A stretch of 11,447 nt of DNA. Origin: Candidatus Odinarchaeia archaeon (GTDB lineage Archaea > Asgardarchaeota > Odinarchaeia > Odinarchaeales > Odinarchaeaceae). Positions 1-6,461 of this stretch are shown here, one piece after another. Position 1 is the stretch's first letter; each line of letters begins with the position of its first letter. A model generated the notes under the pieces. It searched no databases and had not been told where the DNA came from. It saw only the letters and a list, made by a program, of their open reading frames with translations. Where the stretch lies: the NCBI GenBank assembly GCA_029856525.1, contig JAHQXC010000041.1, forward strand, positions 1-11,447. Direction: 5' to 3'. The position numbers and the translations under genes were made by a program.

Positions 1-142
1 CACTAAAATCTGTAACATCTTCAACTTAAATTACAATATATGCCTGTTCAAATAAATGGTATACCCTCCTCAACCTTCATTAGACGGATGATAATGTTAG
101 AAAAATAAATGAACCATCCTTCAGCGCCCGCAGCCGCATCAA

Positions 143-159
143 GCCGCTGTAAGAGCGGC
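143..159. repeat. 6-bp GC-rich inverted repeat (GCCGCT-N5-AGCGGC) inside a GC-rich patch at 121-170
   Basis: gccgct at 143-148 and agcggc at 154-159 are exact reverse complements. Function unknown. Confidence 0.4.
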
Positions 160-363
160 ATCCGCCTCCCTTATGTCTGGTAAGAATTGAATATAGAAGA
201 CATGAGATTTATAAAGTGTTCCAGCTTTCACATCATCTGATCAAATGAAAGCCTCTCTTACCGGCGAGGTTAAAATATATGAAAACTAAACTTTTGTATA
301 CTTGTAATATTAATAAAACCTGATGCAAGCTAATAGAGTTTATTAGAAGAGTATAATCTAACG

Positions 364-2271
364 GTGGTTTCATTGGTTGACCCTTGGGGTATCTTTAAAA
401 AAAGTGTTGTAGAGGTTTTAGAATCCAGTTTTAAAAATAATAATTGGAGTAAACCTGATAAAGATTTCAATTTTTATATAGAAGTCCCCCCTGACAGTAA
501 ACTAGGAGATTTATCTTCAACGATAGCTTTTAAAGCAGCTAAAATATTGAAGGAAAAACCTATAAGTATAGCTTCTAAAATATTAAGGGACTATGAGTTA
601 AACCCTAATAAGCTTATCGAGAGAGTGGATGTAGTCGAGCCCGGTTACCTAAATTTCTATATAAAATGGTCTGAGTATTCTAAACTAGTTTTAGAAACTA
701 TTCTAAATGAAGGGGATAGTTACGGTTCCAGCGATGTAGGAGTGGGTAAAAAAGTTATAGTAGAGCATACTAGTGCTAATCCCACTAAGCCGATTCATCT
801 TGGAACAATGAGGTGCGCGGTTTTAGGGGATATAACAGCCCGGTTGCTGAGAAAAATAGGATATAATGTAGAAGTCCAAAATTATATGGATGATTTAGGC
901 CGTCAAGTAGCCGTTCTCGCATGGGGCTATCAGAATTTAAGCGGTGAAATTGAAAAGAAACCTGAATATAAAGATGATTACTGGCTTGGTCTAATATACA
1001 CGGCTGCAGCTCAAAAAATTGAAGAGAAACCTGAGCTTGAAGAAAGTATTAAAAATATATTGAAAAAAATGGAGGAAGGCGGGAACGAGTACTCGGATTT
1101 AGTTCAGAAATTAGTTTACATGGTGGTGAAAGGCCATCTTGAAACCGCGGCTAGAATGAATATTTTTTATGATCTGCTAATATGGGAGAAGGATATAGTT
1201 AGATCAGGTTTATTTAAGGAAGCTCTCAGTAAAATGTTGAAGTCTCCTCATGTATACAGGATTGAAGAAGGAGAGGACGCTAACTGTATAGTTATAGATA
1301 TGTCTCCTTTAGGAGAACCCTACAAGTCTTTGAAGAAAAGCTATAAGATATTAGTAAGATCGGATGGTGTTAGCACTTATACTGGTAAAGACATAGCTTT
1401 TCAAATGTGGAAGTTCGGTTTAGCTGAAGCTGACTTAAAGTTTAGAGTTTTCGGAGTTCAGAAAAATGGAAGAATATTGATGGAGACCTCTCAAGACGGG
1501 GAGGCTAATAGAAGCTTCGGACATGCGGATAAAGTGGTTAATGTAATCGGATATGAGCAAGCTCTCCCCCAGCAGGTAGTCTATCAAGCGCTTAAAATAA
1601 TGGGGTATGAAGAAGCCTATAAGAATTCTTATCATCTATCTTTTCAATGGGTTTGGCTTCCTGAACAAGTAGCGTTCTCCGGGCGGAAGGGAACATGGAT
1701 AGGCTTCCACGCAGACGCTGTTTTAGATAAAGCCTTACAACTAGCCATGGAGGAAGTGGAGAAAAGAAACCCTGAAATTGATCTCGAACTTAAGAAGAAG
1801 ATAGCTGAGGTGATAGCCTCAGGAGCGGTGAAATTTTATCTCGCAAAATACAGCCCCGAGAAAAAGATTGTTATAGACTGGAAGGAGGCTATTAATTTCG
1901 AAGGAGACTCAGCTCCTTACATACAGTATACTATAGTTAGAATAAATAGTATTCTAAGTAAAGCTGAGCATATAGGGGAACCAGACTACTCTCTTTTAAA
2001 AGATGAAACTGAAATAGATATTATCAGAGAATTGTCGAAATTCCCATCCACGGTGAAAGAGGCTGCTGAAACATACCAGTATCATCTAATACCTCACTAC
2101 TGTCTTACACTAGCTAATAAATTTAATGTATTCTATCATAAGCTACCTGTTTTAAAAGCTGAAAACGATGCGTTGAGAGCCGCGCGCTTAAACCTTATAA
2201 AAGCGGTAGCACAGACCCTTAAAATAGGTTTAAAAGATTTAATTGGAATAGATATACCGGTTAAAATGTAA
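364..2271 (+). CDS. argS: Arginyl-tRNA synthetase (class I, archaeal type), 635 aa
   Basis: N-terminal domain with GDLSS and PGYLNF; EHTSANPTKPIHLG (HIGH region); QNYMDDLGRQVA; FSGRKG (KMSKS equivalent); FEGDSAPYIQY; anticodon-binding FYHKLPVL; C-terminal Met. GTG start at 364 (TTG at 373 is an alternative). Confidence 0.97.
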   Translation: MVSLVDPWGIFKKSVVEVLESSFKNNNWSKPDKDFNFYIEVPPDSKLGDLSSTIAFKAAKILKEKPISIASKILRDYELNPNKLIERVDVVEPGYLNFYIKWSEYSKLVLETILNEGDSYGSSDVGVGKKVIVEHTSANPTKPIHLGTMRCAVLGDITARLLRKIGYNVEVQNYMDDLGRQVAVLAWGYQNLSGEIEKKPEYKDDYWLGLIYTAAAQKIEEKPELEESIKNILKKMEEGGNEYSDLVQKLVYMVVKGHLETAARMNIFYDLLIWEKDIVRSGLFKEALSKMLKSPHVYRIEEGEDANCIVIDMSPLGEPYKSLKKSYKILVRSDGVSTYTGKDIAFQMWKFGLAEADLKFRVFGVQKNGRILMETSQDGEANRSFGHADKVVNVIGYEQALPQQVVYQALKIMGYEEAYKNSYHLSFQWVWLPEQVAFSGRKGTWIGFHADAVLDKALQLAMEEVEKRNPEIDLELKKKIAEVIASGAVKFYLAKYSPEKKIVIDWKEAINFEGDSAPYIQYTIVRINSILSKAEHIGEPDYSLLKDETEIDIIRELSKFPSTVKEAAETYQYHLIPHYCLTLANKFNVFYHKLPVLKAENDALRAARLNLIKAVAQTLKIGLKDLIGIDIPVKM

Positions 2272-2287
2272 AGCGCCGCTAGTTTTA

Positions 2288-2710
2288 TTATTCAATAGGT
2301 TTACCCAGCTCAGCGCACCTAGACCTTATTTCAAGCATTCGCTGAGCTATTGAGACAACTTTAACCATTTTTTCACGGAATATTCTATCCCTCTCCGCAG
2401 GGTTAAGCTCACCGGCTGTTAAACGTTTATCTAACTCAGCTATCTCCAGTCGAATATTCTCCTTCTCCTTGGATAATCGCTCATATTCTTCATATAAAAG
2501 TTGAATCTCGCTTTTAGCTTCAGGTTCAATTCTGAGAGGTTGAATCACAGGCTCCTTAACTTCAACGCCCACGATGCCTGTGAGAGAAGCGGACTCCGGT
2601 TTAACCTCGCCTACTTGCAGTGAACCAGCCGCAGCGGTAAGCCTAGAGCCCTCCCCTCTCCTCCTAGTCAGCTTGTTGAAAAAAGCTTTCAATCTTAAGA
2701 TTAAACCCAA
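2288..2710 (-). CDS. Hypothetical protein, 140 aa; basic amphipathic N-terminus, linker, C-terminal helical hairpin/coiled coil
   Basis: TTG start preceded by SD-like GAGGTGG on the minus strand (2714-2720). Tandem TAA TAA stop. Fills the gap between argS and the operon without overlap. Charged heptad-like C-terminal half. Confidence 0.8.
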   Translation of the reverse strand: MGLILRLKAFFNKLTRRRGEGSRLTAAAGSLQVGEVKPESASLTGIVGVEVKEPVIQPLRIEPEAKSEIQLLYEEYERLSKEKENIRLEIAELDKRLTAGELNPAERDRIFREKMVKVVSIAQRMLEIRSRCAELGKPIE

Positions 2711-2729
2711 AGTCCCACCTCAACTAAAA

Positions 2730-2760
2730 AATACTTAAGATAATTTTACATTTAAGTATT
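2730..2760. repeat. Perfect 9-bp inverted repeat AATACTTAA-N13-TTAAGTATT; candidate operator
   Basis: aatacttaa at 2730-2738 and ttaagtatt at 2752-2760, in the divergent intergenic region. The regulatory role is inference. Confidence 0.45.
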
Positions 2761-2890
2761 ATTTAATGTTTACATTCATTTAACCTTTCTAAGTTGAACT
2801 TGACTTGAAGCTTAACAACCTTCTAGCAGCTGGAATCCGCATCCTCTCCATGTTTAAACTGCTAATCTTTAATAATTTATTTTTAATTAA

Positions 2891-2944
2891 ACCGTTAAAC
2901 TTTTAAATAAAGTCCCTTTAATGATTTGTATATAATTCGAGAGG
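2891..2944 (+). promoter_or_regulatory. Putative BRE/TATA promoter (TTTAAATA at 2902-2909) and SD (GAGG at 2941-2944) of the hydrogenase-Hdr operon
   Basis: TATA-like octamer about 45 nt upstream of ATG 2952; GAGG 7 nt before the start. The region is AT-rich, so other boxes are possible. Confidence 0.45.
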
Positions 2945-2951
2945 CGTAAAA

Positions 2952-3434
2952 ATGGCTGACACAGATGATCAGAAGGTTTTATTCTACGACCCTGAGCTGT
3001 GCAGCGGCTGCTCATATTGCATGTTAGCGTGTTCATACGAGCATTTTAAAGTTTTAGATTATGAATTATCGAATCTATGGATTTACCCGGATCCTCAAAG
3101 ACCGTTTTATTATATTGGAATACATTGCTCTCATTGCGACGACCCTATATGTAAGGCTGCTTGCCCCGTTGAAGCTATAAGTAAAGGTGAGGATGGGATA
3201 GTTAACATAGACCAGAATAAGTGTATAGGATGCAGAAGCTGTAATATCATGTGTCCTATTTCCGTTCCCTGGAAAAATCTTGAAAGAAGGGTTTCATTTA
3301 AATGCGATTTCTGTAAAGGGGACCCTAAATGCGCTAAGTTCTGCCCTACAGGGGCGATTTCTGTTAAAACACGGAAAGAAGCTAGAGAACTAGCTAGTAA
3401 ATTGATTTTGAAAGCGGAGGCTAAAAGTAAATGA
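2952..3434 (+). CDS. 4x[4Fe-4S] electron-transfer protein, HycB/HydN/CooF/DmsB family, 160 aa
   Basis: 16 Cys in four groups: CSGCSYCMLAC, CSHCDDPICKAACP, CIGCRSCNIMCP, CDFCKGDPKCAKFCP. This is the diagnostic DmsB/HycB arrangement. Confidence 0.92.
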   Translation: MADTDDQKVLFYDPELCSGCSYCMLACSYEHFKVLDYELSNLWIYPDPQRPFYYIGIHCSHCDDPICKAACPVEAISKGEDGIVNIDQNKCIGCRSCNIMCPISVPWKNLERRVSFKCDFCKGDPKCAKFCPTGAISVKTRKEARELASKLILKAEAKSK

Positions 3435-3706
3435 GCGAGGAGCAGGATAATCTTTACCCTCTTAGAAAAAAGCTGCTTAAGCTACCAGCCGCATATAAGG
3501 GGGCGATAGAGGAGATTCTCCGCGAGGGAATGAACAGAGAGCTACCTGGCTTCTTCGAAGATGAACGTGAAAACCTAGATATAGGTGAGGTTAAAACCGC
3601 TTGGAGAAATGAAGAGGCTCAAAGACAAATCCAGGAATTAGCTAAAATCCTAGGTGTAGACGAGAAGGTAGCATTCGACTGGAGTAAAAAAAGAATAAAA
3701 TATTGA
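3431..3706 (+). CDS. Small soluble helical protein, 91 aa, no Cys; C-terminus resembles the HdrC C-terminal tail
   Basis: ATGA overlap with the upstream stop; 10-nt gap to hdrB. The ORF is well supported. The HdrC resemblance (EAQRQIQELAKILGVDEKVAFDW) is from recalled sequence only. Confidence 0.8.
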   Translation: MSEEQDNLYPLRKKLLKLPAAYKGAIEEILREGMNRELPGFFEDERENLDIGEVKTAWRNEEAQRQIQELAKILGVDEKVAFDWSKKRIKY

Positions 3707-3716
3707 GGGCTATTAT

Positions 3717-4598
3717 ATGGTTGAAACTAAGAAAATAGCTTTCTATCTTGGATGCGCTTTACCGTCAGCTCAATTATTCGGGGAAGCTGCGGGTAAAATA
3801 GTTTTAAAAGATTTAGGAGTTGAACCTCTCGATATAGAGGGTGCTACATGCTGCCCTGACCCTGAGATTAGTAGAACTGTAGCCCCGGAGTTATGGGTTA
3901 CAATGGCTGGTAGAAATATAGCTTTAGCTGAGAAAATGGATGTTGACGTGTTCACTGTATGCAACGGCTGCTACGATACTTTAACACACGCCTATCATAT
4001 GTTAAGCGAAGACGAGCAACTTAACAGGAAAGTTAATGAAAACCTGATGAAGTTTGGAATCCAATATCAGGGGAAACATCGAGTCCTCCACGCTATAGAA
4101 TTACTCTATGATGTAATCGGCTTAGATAGGATTAAAAAACAGATTAAAAGAAAGCTTACAGGTGTAAGAGTTGGAATTCAGTACGGATGCCGGATTAGAC
4201 TCAACCCTAAGAAAGAGCTTGTTAGAAAATTCAGAGAGCTGGTTGAAATATTAGGCTGCGAAGTCGTAGACTTAGAAAGCGATCGCATATGCTGCGGTGT
4301 CCCCATGATGTATAAGGATCAGAAGAAAGCCTTAGCGCAGACGAAGACGAGGTTAGACGATATGGTGAAGCATAATGTGGATTGCATTGTTTTATTCTGC
4401 CCGGCATGCTACGATCGACTTGAAAAAGGCCAGTTAGAATTAAACCAGCAGGGCGGAGACTATGATATACCTGTATTCAATTACTTCGAGCTTTTAGCCT
4501 ACTGCTTCGGCCATGAACCGGATGAATTCGGTGCATATCTTCACAAACTCGACTACGAGAAAATATTTGAAAAAGCTCAATCCGGGGGTAAATCATAA
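3717..4598 (+). CDS. hdrB: Heterodisulfide reductase subunit B-like protein (two CCG domains), 293 aa
   Basis: CX31CCX35CXXC (C13, C45, C46, C82, C85) and CX33CCX34CXXC (C158, C192, C193, C228, C231). HdrB-like context AFYLGC, GATCCP, GRNIALAE, TVCNGCY, YGC. SD-like GAGGG at 3705-3709. Confidence 0.92.
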   Translation: MVETKKIAFYLGCALPSAQLFGEAAGKIVLKDLGVEPLDIEGATCCPDPEISRTVAPELWVTMAGRNIALAEKMDVDVFTVCNGCYDTLTHAYHMLSEDEQLNRKVNENLMKFGIQYQGKHRVLHAIELLYDVIGLDRIKKQIKRKLTGVRVGIQYGCRIRLNPKKELVRKFRELVEILGCEVVDLESDRICCGVPMMYKDQKKALAQTKTRLDDMVKHNVDCIVLFCPACYDRLEKGQLELNQQGGDYDIPVFNYFELLAYCFGHEPDEFGAYLHKLDYEKIFEKAQSGGKS

Positions 4599-4894
4599 TG
4601 GTTAAGTTATCTGAAAGACTTAAAAGGAGAACAATCGCCGTAGCGCTTGTTTTTCTAAGCCTAGGTATTCTAGGCTCATTCTTTTCAAGAACTCTTGTAG
4701 AATTCTTTCTAATGGCTGAAATCGTAGTGATAACAGCATTCTACGTGTTCTTCTCGATAATAGTACCAGGATTATATCCTAAAAAACGCAATAACGAGGA
4801 GATTTTCCTAGGAGGAGTAGCCCGTCCCCCGTATATTCACGAATACGAGTTATATGTTCCAAAGTCGGCTTTAATCTCTGAGGAGGAAACATAG
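4598..4894 (+). CDS. Small membrane protein (2 predicted TM), 98 aa; probable hydrogenase membrane-arm subunit
   Basis: TAATG 1-nt overlap with hdrB; 1-nt gap to the next gene. Two hydrophobic stretches (about aa 12-30 and 34-57) followed by a polar tail containing EEIFLGG. Confidence 0.8.
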   Translation: MVKLSERLKRRTIAVALVFLSLGILGSFFSRTLVEFFLMAEIVVITAFYVFFSIIVPGLYPKKRNNEEIFLGGVARPPYIHEYELYVPKSALISEEET

Positions 4895-4895
4895 G

Positions 4896-6461
4896 ATGGT
4901 CGCGGAGATAATTCTAGCTTTATGCCCGCTTATACTCCCTTTAACCGCTGCTTTAATAGGGTATTTATTCTCTTTAATAGGTGATAACGCTCGAGACGCG
5001 AGTATAATCGTTGTCATCTCCACAGCTTTCATAATTAATTCAATACTACTTATTCAAACCAACCTTGGATTATTCACCCCTGTAGAAATAGGCGCGTTAA
5101 TAATAAATGAATCAGGAATATTCGTCTCAGAGCTAGTTCTATTTTTAGCGCTTCTAGTCATAGTCTACTCGATAAGATACATGTCAGCTGAAAGAGATAA
5201 AAACCTATATTATATTCTAATATGCATATTCACCGGAACCATGATCGGTTTAATCTATTCATTCAATATTATTATACTTTACATGTTTATGGAGGCATCC
5301 ACTGTTACCAGTGCAATCCTAGTAATGTTCGGTAGAACTAGAAGAGCTAATAGAGCTGCTATAATTTATTTAGCTATAAGCATCTTAGGCGGGTTCTTTA
5401 TTTTAGGCGCGGAATTCGTTCTCGTATCAGCTTCCGGAATTGAACTTTTAACCGATCCCGCTATAGCCTTAATCCCCGCGGATATTCGAATAATAATCTC
5501 CATTCTATTATTAGTAGGGTTCGGTGTTAAAGCCGGGATTATACCCTTCGGTTTCATATGGCTGCCTAGAGCACACGCTGAGGCTCCTTCACCTATAAGC
5601 GCGCTTCTCAGCGGGGTATTAGTTCAGGTAGCTGCCTTCGCAATGATTAGAACAATAGGAGTAGTAGCCTTCAACATACAAATAGTTTCAATAATACTAA
5701 TAGTGTTCGGATTAGGCTCCATGCTATCAGGATCCCTATCCGCTCTCTTCGAAGTTTACGGTAGCAGGATCGCGGGTTACAGGTTCAGCAGAGATATAAA
5801 AAGAGTTTTAGCGTACTCTACAATAAGCGAGATCGGTTTCATAGTGATGTTAGGAGGGATCCAAGGCTTATTCGGCCCCTTCGCACCTCCCTTCGAGTTC
5901 TCAGCGCTCACAGCGATGCTAATACACTTATACAATCACGGCTTAGCTAAAGCACTCCTCTTCCTATCTGTGGGAGTAATAATGTACTATCTTCACATAA
6001 GAGATATAGGCCAGCTTGGCGGTTTATCGAAAAATATGCCTGTTACAACAGCCTCATTTCTCATAGGGGCTTTAAGCCTTGGAATGATACCGCCTTTATT
6101 CGGTTATAGAACAATATTCGAATTAGCGTTTGAAATCCCCATCCCGCTTCCCATAAATGTTTTCCTCATCTTATCTATAATAACAATAGGTATTACGCTA
6201 GCATTCTATATCTCCGCGTTCCTCTTCATATTTATTAAACCACGCCCTAAAGGCGCGCTCGGTGATATAAGCGTTGACGCGGCTAAGGTTACACCACCAC
6301 CACGCGTTAAATTATACCAGCCGCTGCCGATGATGGTTCCCATAGCCTTTATAACACTTGTAGTAATAGCGTTAGGAGTATTATTCTTAACAGGAGTGTT
6401 AAACACCCTTGTTTTAAACCTTGAGCATATCGCTTTCACAATAATAAACCCAGGATTGTGA
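4896..6461 (+). CDS. Antiporter-like (MrpD/NuoM/N/MbhH/HycC family) membrane subunit, 521 aa
   Basis: Highly hydrophobic multi-TM protein with family motifs FMEAS, GVKAG...WLPRAHAEAPSPISALLSG, LAYSTISEIG, HLYNHGLAKALLF, GGLSKNMP. Confidence 0.95.
   Translation: MVAEIILALCPLILPLTAALIGYLFSLIGDNARDASIIVVISTAFIINSILLIQTNLGLFTPVEIGALIINESGIFVSELVLFLALLVIVYSIRYMSAERDKNLYYILICIFTGTMIGLIYSFNIIILYMFMEASTVTSAILVMFGRTRRANRAAIIYLAISILGGFFILGAEFVLVSASGIELLTDPAIALIPADIRIIISILLLVGFGVKAGIIPFGFIWLPRAHAEAPSPISALLSGVLVQVAAFAMIRTIGVVAFNIQIVSIILIVFGLGSMLSGSLSALFEVYGSRIAGYRFSRDIKRVLAYSTISEIGFIVMLGGIQGLFGPFAPPFEFSALTAMLIHLYNHGLAKALLFLSVGVIMYYLHIRDIGQLGGLSKNMPVTTASFLIGALSLGMIPPLFGYRTIFELAFEIPIPLPINVFLILSIITIGITLAFYISAFLFIFIKPRPKGALGDISVDAAKVTPPPRVKLYQPLPMMVPIAFITLVVIALGVLFLTGVLNTLVLNLEHIAFTIINPGL

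Noticed and set aside
224-252. 7-bp inverted repeat GCTTTCA-N15-TGAAAGC with nearby ATGATG/CTGA
   Set aside because: Short and plausible by chance; box spacing does not fit a C/D sRNA.
1435-1635. 66-aa minus-strand ORF
   Set aside because: Antisense shadow inside argS; no motifs or SD.
2789-2851. 20-codon minus ORF (MERMRIPAARR...) and TTGAAC/TTGAC/TTGAAG short repeats
   Set aside because: Too short, with no SD or other support.
2952-3434. Calling the Fe-S protein HdrC because it is near hdrB
   Set aside because: It has 16 Cys in the four-cluster DmsB/HycB pattern, not the two-cluster HdrC pattern.
3770-3964. 64-aa minus-strand ORF
   Set aside because: Antisense shadow inside hdrB.
6240-6311. 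Imperfect 12-nt direct repeat 60 nt apart (ccacgccctaaa / ccacgcgttaaa) and a CCA run
   Set aside because: Explained by Pro-Arg codons in a loop; may mark a small insertion but is not demonstrable.
5366-6439. Minus-strand ORFs 5366-5557 and 6206-6439
   Set aside because: Antisense to hydrophobic codons of the antiporter gene, which are stop-poor on the reverse strand.
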